Of a stretch of 64,000 nucleotides of DNA, positions 39,184 through 49,746 are shown in pieces; within the stretch, counting starts at the first letter, position 1; every line of letters starts with the position of its first letter. The notes under the pieces are model-generated. The model did not search any database and was not told the origin of the DNA. It saw nothing but the letters and a program-made list of their open reading frames with translations. Source of the DNA: an uncultured Candidatus Sumerlaeota bacterium (lineage in GTDB: Bacteria > Sumerlaeota > Sumerlaeia > MVZB01); assembly GCA_964473105.1 (NCBI GenBank), contig CAYYNQ010000048.1, positions 97,709-161,708 on the forward strand, written 5' to 3'. Made by a program: the position numbers and the translations under genes.

Positions 39184-40458
39184 ATGAATCCAGCCCAAAA
39201 TATCTCCATTAATCATGCCGGAATCCTTAAGACATCGCCGGCCATCCGCCTGATCAACATTAGCAAATTCTACTGGAAGAGCTCCCGGCAAACGGTGTCC
39301 ATAAAGGAGCGTGTTCTGACCTCGCTGGTCCGTAAGGACCAGAAAGATATGGTCATTGCGCTCGACCAGCTTAATCTCACGGTTCGATCCGGTGAAGCAC
39401 TCGGAATCATCGGACCCAACGGTGCCGGGAAATCCACGCTCCTCAAGATTATCGCTGGTATTTCAGAGCCAACAAGCGGAAGCGTCGAGGTTAACGGAAA
39501 GGCACTCGGCCTCATCGAACTGGGGGCAGGCTTTCACCCCGAATTGACAGGTGAAGAGAACATCTACCTGCAGGGCTCGATTTATGGATTCCCCGCTGGT
39601 GTCATCAGGGACAGAATCGACGCGATCCTCGACTTCGCTGAACTAGGAGATTTCAGGCATATGCCCGTCAAACATTATAGCTCTGGCATGTTTGTCAGGC
39701 TGGGTTTTTCGATCGCCATGCATACAGACCCCGATATCCTGCTGATCGATGAAGTGCTCTCTGTCGGTGACCAGCGATTCCAGGACCGCTGCTTGGAATC
39801 TATTCATGAGAAGATGAAGCAGGGAACCACGATTCTTTTCATCACCCATTTCCCCGAACAAACTGATGAGATATGTCATCGGGTTGCCTGGTTTGACAAA
39901 GGGAATATCCGTGTCATTGGCGACACACGCAGTGTGATCCAAGCCTATATTCAGGAACGCATCAGCGTTCATTACGCCGACTGGAAGGGGCCTTGGGGTG
40001 AGCAGGTCAACGCCGTTGGATTGCCGGGCCGGTTCGGAACCGGGGAGGCCACGATTGTTTCAGTTCAACTCCTCGATGGATCCGGAATGCCCGGATTCAA
40101 TTTCCGGACCGGATCCAGCCTGACCGTTAGGATCGAATTTGAAGCCCAACCCGAAATCAAACACATGGACTGCTCAATGGCGCTGTATACCGAGGAAGGG
40201 TTTGTCCTCGGACATTTTCAGGCAAGCCAGGACGAAAAAATAATCACTCCCGGGAGGGAAAGATCGGGAACGGCAAGAATCGAAATCCCCGAACTACCCC
40301 TGTTGCCTGGACGTTATGGTGTTTCCATTGCCCTATGTTCCCCAAATAATCCGGAACACCATTACTGTCACCTCTATAAACTCATAGATTTCTCAATACG
40401 AAATGAAGCCGCTTTCAAAAATGACGCGCCCCTGCGCCTACAGCCACTAACCCTGTGA
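39184..40458 (+). CDS. Wzt/TagH-type ABC transporter ATP-binding protein with C-terminal carbohydrate-binding-like domain
   Basis: Walker A (GPNGAGKST), signature (YSSGMFVRLGFS), Walker B (LLIDEVLSVGD) and the family-specific LGLIELGAGFHPELTGEENIYL motif. About 170 extra C-terminal residues follow. No Wzm-like permease gene is adjacent. Confidence 0.8.
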   Translation: MNPAQNISINHAGILKTSPAIRLINISKFYWKSSRQTVSIKERVLTSLVRKDQKDMVIALDQLNLTVRSGEALGIIGPNGAGKSTLLKIIAGISEPTSGSVEVNGKALGLIELGAGFHPELTGEENIYLQGSIYGFPAGVIRDRIDAILDFAELGDFRHMPVKHYSSGMFVRLGFSIAMHTDPDILLIDEVLSVGDQRFQDRCLESIHEKMKQGTTILFITHFPEQTDEICHRVAWFDKGNIRVIGDTRSVIQAYIQERISVHYADWKGPWGEQVNAVGLPGRFGTGEATIVSVQLLDGSGMPGFNFRTGSSLTVRIEFEAQPEIKHMDCSMALYTEEGFVLGHFQASQDEKIITPGRERSGTARIEIPELPLLPGRYGVSIALCSPNNPEHHYCHLYKLIDFSIRNEAAFKNDAPLRLQPLTL

Positions 40459-41123
40459 CACCATGCACCCGCTCGCTCGGCCAAATGGAAGTCTTCCGGG
40501 CAGAATCCTAATTCCGCCATCCATAGTCGATTTCAAGCACTATTTCTCTATGAATGTGAAATACCTTAAAAGTATAATGAAATCATATTTTATGTGTCGA
40601 GTATCAGGGATTTATAGAGAAGATAAATCACCTAGATATGCTAATTATCTTGCCCGTATAGGGTTGCCTGAGTAATAGTCACTTCTAAAAATCAATATGG
40701 GCCCCGTAATTTTTCAGCAACGAAATGCATAAGGTGGTCGGGATCATCAACCAGCCACACCTCGGTTCTCCAGCTTATGGGCGACTATCCATTTACAAAA
40801 GGAGTCTTTTGAAAGAAACGCACTAACATACACGATTGATACCTTACCGGAAATTACAGACCTTGGACCCCTGACAGGATACCAAAGGACGACTTGATGG
40901 TCTGGCAGGTCGATTCCAGAAAATTATTTAACCGGGAAGGTCCCAGGGGCTGGCGGACATCCACCATGTCAGCATCCCCAGTCCGGGTTTATTGCCAACG
41001 CAATTGCCTAACCATGCTGAAAGGATTAGGATGAGTGCAGGGATATCCGTGATTTCCTGATCAACGGACATGCCCCAGCAAAAGCCGGAAATCATCTGGC
41101 AATGCAATAGAAGGTGATGCAAG

Positions 41124-42167
41124 ATGCCGAAAACGGAGAATATAAGGATTGGTATTGTCGGGGCCGGAAACAATACCTGCAAGATGCACATCCCCAAGTT
41201 ACAGGCCATCAAAGGTGTCAATCTCGTCAGTGTTTGCAACCGTTCACAAGAATCTGCACAACGGGTCGCTGACCAGTTTATGATTCCGGTTGTCTATGAA
41301 TCCTGGCAGGATCTCGTTGCGGCAGATGATACGGATGCCATTCTCATTGGCACGTGGCCATATTTGCATTGCCCAGTTACACTGGATGCACTTCAGCACA
41401 ACAAGCATGTCCTTTGCGAAGCGCGGATGGCGATGAATGCACGAGAGGCTCACCTAATGCTGGAAACTGCGCGGGAGTTCCACGATCTTGTGACACAGGT
41501 CGTGCCTTCGCCTTTTACGCTTGGTGTCGACAATACCATCCGGCGCATGATCGCCGAGGATTACTTGGGTGATCTACTCGCGATGGAAGTGCGGGCATCA
41601 ACAGGGTTTCTCAACCGGGATGCACCCCTCGGCTGGCGTCAAGCATCTGAACTGAGTGGAATGAATATCATGACACTCGGGATCTGGTATGAGGCCGTGA
41701 TGCGCTGGGTCGGCCAAGCCGAGTCCGTTCAAGCCCAAGGGCTGACATTTTCCAAAATGCGCAGGGATGACCATGGCATCAAAATACCTGTGCGCATCCC
41801 GGAACATTTGAATGTCAACGCAAGGATGGAATGCGGTGCGCTGGCACATTTCCTAATCTCCTCGGTGGCCGGACTTCAGGGTCCGCCCCAGGTCTGGCTC
41901 TACGGGGAAAAAGGTACGCTTCTGTTCCGCGAGGGCAAACTATTTGGAGGCCGGAGAGATGATGGAAACCTGAAATTCATCGATATCCCAAAGCATGAGT
42001 TTATGTCATGGCAGGTCGAGGCTGAATTTATCGATGCGATCCGAGACGTCGCACCAGTTAGATTGACCACATTTAATGATGGGGTGAAATACATGGAATT
42101 TACCGAAGCTGTAAACCTGAGTATGACCCACGGGGAAACAATTCATCTCCCACTTGGGGATCTATAA
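41124..42167 (+). CDS. Gfo/Idh/MocA family oxidoreductase
   Basis: N-terminal Rossmann motif (IGIVGAGNNTCKMHIP) and a C-terminal alpha/beta domain typical of this family. Confidence 0.8.
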   Translation: MPKTENIRIGIVGAGNNTCKMHIPKLQAIKGVNLVSVCNRSQESAQRVADQFMIPVVYESWQDLVAADDTDAILIGTWPYLHCPVTLDALQHNKHVLCEARMAMNAREAHLMLETAREFHDLVTQVVPSPFTLGVDNTIRRMIAEDYLGDLLAMEVRASTGFLNRDAPLGWRQASELSGMNIMTLGIWYEAVMRWVGQAESVQAQGLTFSKMRRDDHGIKIPVRIPEHLNVNARMECGALAHFLISSVAGLQGPPQVWLYGEKGTLLFREGKLFGGRRDDGNLKFIDIPKHEFMSWQVEAEFIDAIRDVAPVRLTTFNDGVKYMEFTEAVNLSMTHGETIHLPLGDL

Positions 42168-42178
42168 TGGGAGATACT

Positions 42179-42991
42179 ATGACATCTATAAACATACCCC
42201 TTTTCATGATCGATGCCTTCACGGATATCCCTTTTAGGGGCAACCCGACAGCGGTATGCATCCTGGATACTCCACGCGAGGATACCTGGCTGCAATCGGT
42301 CGCGTTCGAGATGAATCTTCCAGAATCAGCCTTTGCAATGAAACAGCAGAACAACTGGAATCTGCGCTGGTTTACACCTACCAATGAGGTACCTCTTTGC
42401 GGACATGCGACGCTCGCGACTGCACATGCCCTCTGGGACTCTGATCGGGTGGATATGAATGAAGAGATTCGGTTTCAAACAGCAAGTGGGATGCTAAATA
42501 CCCGGAATAACAAGGACATGATCGAGATGGACTTCCCATTGATCGAAACGGAAAGCAGAAATCTAGAACCCCAAGTCGAGGGATTTCTTGCAACCGCATT
42601 GAACGTGAAGATCAAGGAATCATACCGGGCCGGCGAGGACATTCTGATCCTGCTTGAGGATGAGGCATTGGTTCGGAATCTGAAACCCGACCTCATACAA
42701 CTCAAAGAGATGGATGTAAGGGGTTTCATCGTGACCGGTCCAAACACGAATTCCTCCTATGACTTCATCTCACGTTTTTTCGCCCCCCGAATCGGTATTC
42801 CCGAGGACCACGTGACGGGTTCAGCCCACTGCGCCTTGGGGCCCTTCTGGGGCAAAAGACTGAAAAAGGGCATATTGACTGGCTATCAGGCATCCGGCCG
42901 AGGTGGGGTGGTCTCGGTTGAGCTTTACGATGACCATGTCAATCTCAAAGGTCGAGCGGTGACCGTCATGAAAGGGCACCTCGTGATCTGA
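42179..42991 (+). CDS. PhzF-family isomerase
   Basis: Begins M.INIPLFMIDAFTD..FRGNPTAV and is ~270 aa. The ATG at 42179 has a GGGAGA RBS, and a TAATG overlap with the upstream gene is possible at 42167. Confidence 0.8.
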   Translation: MTSINIPLFMIDAFTDIPFRGNPTAVCILDTPREDTWLQSVAFEMNLPESAFAMKQQNNWNLRWFTPTNEVPLCGHATLATAHALWDSDRVDMNEEIRFQTASGMLNTRNNKDMIEMDFPLIETESRNLEPQVEGFLATALNVKIKESYRAGEDILILLEDEALVRNLKPDLIQLKEMDVRGFIVTGPNTNSSYDFISRFFAPRIGIPEDHVTGSAHCALGPFWGKRLKKGILTGYQASGRGGVVSVELYDDHVNLKGRAVTVMKGHLVI

Positions 42992-43338
42992 TCAGTTCTG
43001 GTTCAATCACAGGAGTTTTGAACAAATCACGATAATCGGGATCACACCCGTAAAATGACCCGGACCTTTCCGACATAATCTTGAACGAATAACGACCAAG
43101 CGCAGGGTTTGTTGGTGCTCAGGTGTTCGATTCTGCAATGCCTGGGCCAAGTCTCAGACTGTTGACCCTCCCGAACCAACCTGCCGAAAGCGAGAGGAGA
43201 TGTCCCATTCATTGCGATTGAACAAGATTCATCGCGACGTAATATGAACCAAGCGGAGTATTCTGGACAATGATATCGCTATGTTCTCCACCGCCATCTT
43301 CATGCACTACGTGTCCAACTTCGCGTGATATCACCGAT

Positions 43339-44499
43339 TTAACGTAGCTTCAACATTGCCAATCCCGCCATTGCCAGCAGAAACGAAACCAGCCAAAAGC
43401 GAATAATAATCGGACTCTCGGGAATTCCCATTCTTTCGAAATGATGATGCAGCGGTGACATGAGAAAAATTCGTTTCTTTCCGCGCAGTTTGCAAGACCC
43501 CACCTGCAAAATCACCGACAGACACTCAATCACAAAAATCCCGCCGATCACTAACAACAACATCTCTTGCTTCAACAGTATTGCTGTAGTTCCCAAGGCA
43601 CCTCCCAGCATCATCGATCCCGTATCACCCATGAACACCGAAGCGTGATGTGCGTTGAACCATAGAAACCCCATTGAAGCACCCAGCAAGGCCGCAAGAA
43701 AAACCACGATCTCTCCCCCACTCCTGATATATGGAACAAGCAGGTAGTCAGAAAAATCCACACGGCTAACCAGATAGGCCACGATCAAAAATGCCATGAC
43801 GTTCGAGATGGTCACGCCAATAGCCAACCCATCTAGACCATCGGTCAGATTGACCGCATTGGATGCAGCCCACATCACGATGACCACGAATGGAATGAAC
43901 CAAATGCCGAGATTTGGATAAATTTGCTTGAAAAACGGCACTGTGAGATACGGATAACCCGTGTAGATAATATTCTCATCCCCACCAGGCGCATAACTTG
44001 CCTGCCATTCACTTCCCTGAAACATCAGAGAAATTCCCAGTGAAATCCCGAGGATGGCCTGAATACACAGTTTTGAGCAGGCGCTTAGTCCCCCATGATG
44101 CTGCCTCCGGATCTTGCAAAAATCGTCCCAAAAACCTAGCCCTGCGAAACCGAGAGACATCACGATCAGCAGAATCACGTGCATGTTGTTCAGGCGGCAC
44201 AATATAAATACCGGAATTAACAATGCAACCAGAATCAGCAACCCACCCATCGTGGGAGTACCACGCTTACTGCCATGCATATGCGCCAAGCTGATCGCAC
44301 CATCACCGCTGGTCTCACGAATCACCTGCCCGGCTTTCATTCGGCGCAGTATCGCGATGATGCGCGGACCCACTATCAGCGAAATCGCGAAGGACAGGCC
44401 CAACGCCAGAGCACCTCTTACGGTGATAAACTGAAGAACCCGCATGAAGCCAATATCTCCATCTTTGGATGCAAGCCAGTCGAGTAATAAGATCAGCAT
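43339..44499 (-). CDS. mraY: Phospho-N-acetylmuramoyl-pentapeptide transferase
   Basis: Co-linear with E. coli MraY, including KRGTPTMGG, NAVNLTDGLDGLA, FMGDTGS and QVGSCKLRGKK. It has 10 TM helices. Confidence 0.9.
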   Translation of the reverse strand: MLILLLDWLASKDGDIGFMRVLQFITVRGALALGLSFAISLIVGPRIIAILRRMKAGQVIRETSGDGAISLAHMHGSKRGTPTMGGLLILVALLIPVFILCRLNNMHVILLIVMSLGFAGLGFWDDFCKIRRQHHGGLSACSKLCIQAILGISLGISLMFQGSEWQASYAPGGDENIIYTGYPYLTVPFFKQIYPNLGIWFIPFVVIVMWAASNAVNLTDGLDGLAIGVTISNVMAFLIVAYLVSRVDFSDYLLVPYIRSGGEIVVFLAALLGASMGFLWFNAHHASVFMGDTGSMMLGGALGTTAILLKQEMLLLVIGGIFVIECLSVILQVGSCKLRGKKRIFLMSPLHHHFERMGIPESPIIIRFWLVSFLLAMAGLAMLKLR

Positions 44500-44514
44500 C
44501 AGGCCTTGACTCCC

Positions 44515-45966
44515 TTATTCAGAACCGTCTCCAAATAAATCCATATCCGGCATAATCGCCCGGGCGATTGCCTCGAGCTCGAAACCATGTGAACCCTTGA
44601 AAAAGACCCGGTCGCCGGGTTCCAGGTTTGCCGCAAGTGCTTCGACAATTCCTTGACGGTCAGAACCATAACCACATGCTTGGATCCCCATATTTTCCAG
44701 TCGTCCAGCCAGTTCTGTACAGCGCTCACCCAGCCCCAGAAACATTGCCGGCCGGGCTTGGATCAACAGCGGTATAAGCGAATCATGTTCCGATTTCGCA
44801 TGGTCACCCAGTTCCAGCATATCAGCCAGAACGATCACAAGTCTTCCGCCAGGCCCCAAGTCACTGAGTGACCGGATGGCACACTGCATCCCGGAAGGTG
44901 TGGCATTGTAACAGTCCAGAATAAATGTCCAGTCGCCTACCCGTACCACTTCACCCCGGCAGCGTTCTAAATGGAAGTCCTCCAGGCCCCCGCAAACCAT
45001 AAATGGATCGAAATCCATGGCCAGCAACAGGGCCGCGGCTGCCGCCACATTATCCAATTGGTGTCGACCGAACAAAGGTAATTCGAGTTTCGTGCGAGTA
45101 ACATCGCCGATTGTCATACTAAACCGGTAACCGACCGGATCAAACCTGTCCACATCATGTACAAAAACGTCTGCCTCAGACCCCGTTCCGTCCGGAGCTT
45201 CAACTGAAAAATTGGTCAACGGGTATTCCCTGAATTCATCGATGCACGTCCGCGTATTGGGACATTGCGCATTCACTACGAGTGGCGTTCCTGGTCGGCA
45301 ATTTCTGAATAGGTCGAGCTTCGCGGATACCAGATCCGCATGCGAATCGAACATGCCAATATGGGCGCGACCGATCTGTGTTAACAAAGCCGCTGTGGGA
45401 TCTGCAATACGGGCAAGTCTGGCTAGTTCACCTGGCTGGTTCATACCCAACTCGAGCACGGTCACTTCATGTTCGCTCGCGAGGCGCATGAGCGTATGCG
45501 GAACGCCTACCAGATTGTTGAAATTCTGAAAAGGTTGAAGTATCTTGTATTCTTGGTCAAGTGAAGCGGCCACAAGCCGGCGGGTTGTCGTCTTTCCGGC
45601 ACTTCCGCCAATCGCAAGAACAGGTCCACCCCACTCTGTTCTTCTTGCAAGCGCCAACTCACCATAAGCCTCCAGAGTATCCATAACCCGCAGACACGGT
45701 ATATTCAATCCGAGAGGGTCGAATTCATGGCCCGACATGATAATCAGTCCCGAGGCACCCGCTTCGATTGCTTGTCCCAGAAAATCATGTCCATCAAATC
45801 GATCACCCTTCAATGCAAGAAAAACATCGCCTTTCGCGATCGAACGGCTATCGGTTTGAATTCGGCTGAATGACACACACCCGGCCAGATTTTGGCATTC
45901 ACAATCAAGCAGATGACTCACATGATCCCAGGTCCACTGTCCGAGACTATGGTTTATGTTGATCAT
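44515..45966 (-). CDS. murF: UDP-N-acetylmuramoyl-tripeptide--D-alanyl-D-alanine ligase
   Basis: Mur ligase motifs GSAGKTTT, DSRSIAKGDVFLALKGDRFDGHDF and the central/C-terminal Mur ligase domains. The first ATG (45966) has a GGCAGGA RBS; the track ORF begins at TTG 46002. Confidence 0.85.
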   Translation of the reverse strand: MININHSLGQWTWDHVSHLLDCECQNLAGCVSFSRIQTDSRSIAKGDVFLALKGDRFDGHDFLGQAIEAGASGLIIMSGHEFDPLGLNIPCLRVMDTLEAYGELALARRTEWGGPVLAIGGSAGKTTTRRLVAASLDQEYKILQPFQNFNNLVGVPHTLMRLASEHEVTVLELGMNQPGELARLARIADPTAALLTQIGRAHIGMFDSHADLVSAKLDLFRNCRPGTPLVVNAQCPNTRTCIDEFREYPLTNFSVEAPDGTGSEADVFVHDVDRFDPVGYRFSMTIGDVTRTKLELPLFGRHQLDNVAAAAALLLAMDFDPFMVCGGLEDFHLERCRGEVVRVGDWTFILDCYNATPSGMQCAIRSLSDLGPGGRLVIVLADMLELGDHAKSEHDSLIPLLIQARPAMFLGLGERCTELAGRLENMGIQACGYGSDRQGIVEALAANLEPGDRVFFKGSHGFELEAIARAIMPDMDLFGDGSE

Positions 45967-46027
45967 AAATCGAGTCCTGCCCAAAGAGGCCACTACATGC
46001 AATCATCTGTTGGGTTCCGGGGTTTCA

Positions 46028-47545
46028 TTACCCGGCGTAGCGTTCACAAATGCAATTCCTTGCCACCTCAATATCATCAAAATGTGATTTACGACCCATC
46101 ACGTCCTGATAATTCTCATGGCCCTTGCCCGCAACGAGGACAAAATCACCTTCACCGGCCATCGAAATGGCGCTACGAATCGCGGCGTTACGATCCAGAC
46201 ATATTTCAAGAACGGACTCCGGGCCCATAATTTCCCTGGCCCCAGCAGCAACCATATCGGCGATTTCCCGTGGATCCTCAGTTCTCGGATTGTCATTCGT
46301 GATAATCAAGATATCCGCATATTCCGCAGCGGCTCGGCCCATCATTGGCCGCTTTGTATTGTCACGATCGCCTCCCGCACCGAAAACAACAATCAACCTC
46401 GAAGGGGTCTCTTGCCGGGCATTATCAAGTGCCTTTGCAAGTGAGTCAGGAGTGTGTGCATAATCGATGACAATATCAAAAGGCTGGCCTTCATCAACAT
46501 ATTGAAACCTTCCAGGAACACACTCCATGGCACGTATCCCCTCAGCAATTGCATCATCCGTAAACCCCGCCGCCGCCGCCATGCCGACCGAAACGAGACA
46601 ATTCTGAATATTGAAATCTCCCGGCAGGTGTGTCATGACCTCAAGAATTCGCCCATCCAATCTGATCCGGATGCGATGTCCCCGCCCATCGGGGACCACA
46701 GAAGATACCGAAACTCCGGTATCGCGGCGTTTCATACTGTAATCCAAGACACGGTTCCTGCCGGATTTTTCTACATGTTGCGCGATATGCATGCCAGCTG
46801 GATCGTCCACATTCAGAACAGCTATTCCCGCAGGATTGTCGGCCAATATTTCAGTATATAACCGCTGCTTAGCTGTGCGGTAATCCTCCATAGACCCGTG
46901 GTAATCCAGATGGTCCTGCGTGAGATTGGTAAAACCTGCCGCCGCAAGAAATATACCGTCAACCCGGTACTGGTGTAACGCATGGGAACTGATTTCCATA
47001 GCTACAGCATCAACCCCATCGGCATGCATCCGGGTCAGTATACGGGCAATCTCACCCGGCGCCGGCGTTGTTGTCGGTGCCGGAAGAACCTGACCTTTCC
47101 ATCGGTTGTTGACGGTTCCCATCACACCTGCAGATTTTCCTGCTGCACAAATGATTGATTCCATAATCCATGTAACGGTCGTTTTTCCGTTGGTTCCACT
47201 GATCCCGAACACGGTCATCTCCCGCGAGGGATCCTGCTCGACATGATGGGCCAGGAGTGAGAAAACCCGCCTTGTTGGTTGCACTGTGACCAGATGCATA
47301 CCCTCGGGCGCCCGCGGGCCGGATCCATTTTCAACCAGGGCACAACGGCACCCCAGACGGGCGGCCTGCTCAAGATAATCATGTCCGTCGGCACGATACC
47401 CCTCTATGGCAACGAACAGGATTCCTGGGCCACATTTCCTAGAATCATCAGTTACATCATCAAACCATAAATCAGGAATGTTACCGGCCAACGGCCGAAT
47501 GTCGAACTTATTCAGGACATCATTCAGGTGAAACACGATTGCCAC
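46028..47545 (-). CDS. murE: UDP-N-acetylmuramoyl-L-alanyl-D-glutamate--2,6-diaminopimelate ligase
   Basis: GISGTNGKTT Walker motif and a DNPR motif (ITNDNPRTEDPREI). It is co-linear with E. coli MurE. Confidence 0.9.
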   Translation of the reverse strand: MAIVFHLNDVLNKFDIRPLAGNIPDLWFDDVTDDSRKCGPGILFVAIEGYRADGHDYLEQAARLGCRCALVENGSGPRAPEGMHLVTVQPTRRVFSLLAHHVEQDPSREMTVFGISGTNGKTTVTWIMESIICAAGKSAGVMGTVNNRWKGQVLPAPTTTPAPGEIARILTRMHADGVDAVAMEISSHALHQYRVDGIFLAAAGFTNLTQDHLDYHGSMEDYRTAKQRLYTEILADNPAGIAVLNVDDPAGMHIAQHVEKSGRNRVLDYSMKRRDTGVSVSSVVPDGRGHRIRIRLDGRILEVMTHLPGDFNIQNCLVSVGMAAAAGFTDDAIAEGIRAMECVPGRFQYVDEGQPFDIVIDYAHTPDSLAKALDNARQETPSRLIVVFGAGGDRDNTKRPMMGRAAAEYADILIITNDNPRTEDPREIADMVAAGAREIMGPESVLEICLDRNAAIRSAISMAGEGDFVLVAGKGHENYQDVMGRKSHFDDIEVARNCICERYAG

Positions 47546-47601
47546 TGCCCGGTCCGCCGTCCGGGGTGAAAGACCGGATCATGGTTTATGCGACCTAAGA
47601 G

Positions 47602-49746
47602 TCAATTTCCGCTGGACCGCCTTAAATACTGATCGGATGGATGGGAAAATACAAGTATCGCCTTGCGGTTGGTCGGGATCTGAGAACCCGGCTTAGGTTG
47701 CTGACTTACCAAGATTCCGGATCCCAGCATCTGAGATTGAATCCCCATACGGTCCAACAGCTGGAAAACTTCAACCATGGTTTTTCCCCGACAATCGGGC
47801 ATGGTTTTGACAACAATCGGGGATTGATCCTCCAAATTCTCGGGCAATGCCGGCAGCAGCATTTCATCGGGTATGGAAACCTGTGCTTCGGTCCGGATGT
47901 CACTCCATTCCGCCCCAATATCCTCAACATGAATCTGATCTGAAAGGTGGGCCATCCGCCAAACATCCACATCAGAAGGCTGTATTCCCAAAACGTGAAC
48001 CGCAGCCTTGGCGATCTCACGAAACACAGGGACAGCCACCTTACTGGCATAATAACTGGTTTGGGGGTCATCAAGATACACGAAGATGGCTAACTGAGGA
48101 TCGTTGAGTGGCAGCAGCCCAGCAAATGAGGAGTAATATTGTCTTCGCTCATCATCCCCGCGTTTACGCAGTTGTTTCCGGGCAGTCCCAGTCTTCCCAC
48201 CGACGCGGTATCCGGGCAGCCTCGCCTTCTTTCCGGTCCCTTCCTCAACAACCCGTTCAAGCAATTCGAGCATCTGCCGGCAGGTATTACTACCGGCAAC
48301 CCGTTCAATACGTACGGGTTCGATCGTCCGGATGGTCCTGCCTTGCATCGACTGGAGTTCGCTCACGAGATAGGGCTTCATCCTCCATCCATCATTACCG
48401 ATCGCAGCTAGCGCCTGCACAACCTGAATCGCAGTCAATGTTGTTTCATAACCGATCGCCAGCCAGTTTTGGGATATTCCCGACCAGCGGTCAACGGTCT
48501 TGAGAACACCACGACTTTCACCATTGAGTTCAATCCCTGTCTTTTCACCGAAGCCAAAACGTCTTAGACCATCATACTGGACGATGGGTTCCATGCGATT
48601 GGCAAGCATTGCCATGGCGATGTTGCTGGACTCGGCGAATGCTGTGTAAAATGGCACAACACCCAGATTATGACTGTCACGAAGTCGCTTGCCCTTGATC
48701 AATACGCTTCCTCCATGACAGTCTACCTGCTCGCTTGTGGACATCAGATCGTTATCCAGCATAATGGCCGTTGTAAAAACCTTCATAACCGACCCGATCT
48801 GGATGGGATGTGTCAGTGCCCTGTTGGTTCTTTGATGGCGTTCGGCCTTCCCGAAATCGTTTGGATCAAATCCCGGATCATTCGCCAGGGCAAGAATAGC
48901 TCCAGTCTTCACATCCATAACAACGGCCACCCCTCCCTCTGACCCAGTACTCTCTACCTGACGCGTGAGTGCCCGCTCCGTAAACATCTGTATCATCTCA
49001 TCAATAGTCAGGATTAATGTATGGCCGAAAGTGTCTTCGAGCACCTCACTTTCATTGGGCTTGAGGGGTTCACGGACAGAATCAACGGGACGTTTCGAAT
49101 CCCTGTACTCACCCCTGAGCCAGTCATCATAAATCAATTCCAGACCTTCGAGCCCTATGTTATCACCGCTGTCGTCAATCTTGGTGAACCCCAATACATG
49201 TGAGGCCAATCTACCGTTCGGATAGGATCGCTTGCTGTCGCGTTCATAAATCAAAACATTGGGAGGCAGGTCATAACGGGCCTCGATATCCTTGACTCGC
49301 TCACTAGTTTCCTCGGGGGCCTTGCGAATGAGGATATGCTGGCGCTTCTTGTCCAACATTTTCAGAACTTTCTCGGTATCAGAACCTGTTGCCGCGGCCA
49401 GTTCCCCACAAAGGGCAATGGGATCAAGCACCTGATCCGATCTGATTTTTCCGGAAAGCATTTTTTTTCCCTGCAATTTCAAATGCTTGTCGAGCATCCT
49501 GATGCTGAATATGATTTTTTCATTCAAGTAAGATGTTGCAAGCGGACTGCCCTTACGATCGAGTATATCTCCACGGCGAGGGTTGAGTACAAATTTCCGA
49601 CTCTGCTGGTTGCGGGCACGGGTCATAAAAACCTCGTGTTCGACAACCTGCAACTGGAACAACCGGATTTCAATGATAACAAATGTTACAAACGAAATGA
49701 TGACCATTAGGGCCATCCGGATTCGGTGTGTTTTGACAATGGTCAT
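47602..49746 (-). CDS. ftsI: Penicillin-binding protein FtsI/PBP3-like transpeptidase with C-terminal PASTA domain
   Basis: N-terminal TM (MALMVIISFVTFVIIEI), dimerisation domain, transpeptidase motifs (SVMK, SSN, KTGT) and a C-terminal PASTA fold (...DCRGKTMVEVFQLLDRMGIQS...GSGILVSQQPKPGSQI). The start is moved to the ATG at 49746 (AAGAGG RBS); the upstream 68 codons in the track ORF look non-coding. Confidence 0.85.
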   Translation of the reverse strand: MTIVKTHRIRMALMVIISFVTFVIIEIRLFQLQVVEHEVFMTRARNQQSRKFVLNPRRGDILDRKGSPLATSYLNEKIIFSIRMLDKHLKLQGKKMLSGKIRSDQVLDPIALCGELAAATGSDTEKVLKMLDKKRQHILIRKAPEETSERVKDIEARYDLPPNVLIYERDSKRSYPNGRLASHVLGFTKIDDSGDNIGLEGLELIYDDWLRGEYRDSKRPVDSVREPLKPNESEVLEDTFGHTLILTIDEMIQMFTERALTRQVESTGSEGGVAVVMDVKTGAILALANDPGFDPNDFGKAERHQRTNRALTHPIQIGSVMKVFTTAIMLDNDLMSTSEQVDCHGGSVLIKGKRLRDSHNLGVVPFYTAFAESSNIAMAMLANRMEPIVQYDGLRRFGFGEKTGIELNGESRGVLKTVDRWSGISQNWLAIGYETTLTAIQVVQALAAIGNDGWRMKPYLVSELQSMQGRTIRTIEPVRIERVAGSNTCRQMLELLERVVEEGTGKKARLPGYRVGGKTGTARKQLRKRGDDERRQYYSSFAGLLPLNDPQLAIFVYLDDPQTSYYASKVAVPVFREIAKAAVHVLGIQPSDVDVWRMAHLSDQIHVEDIGAEWSDIRTEAQVSIPDEMLLPALPENLEDQSPIVVKTMPDCRGKTMVEVFQLLDRMGIQSQMLGSGILVSQQPKPGSQIPTNRKAILVFSHPSDQYLRRSSGN

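Noticed and set aside
43105-43140. tRNA-like T-loop sequence GGTGTTCGATTC ... CCA
   Set aside because: No complementary acceptor stem or D and anticodon arms could be built around it. It was judged a chance match.
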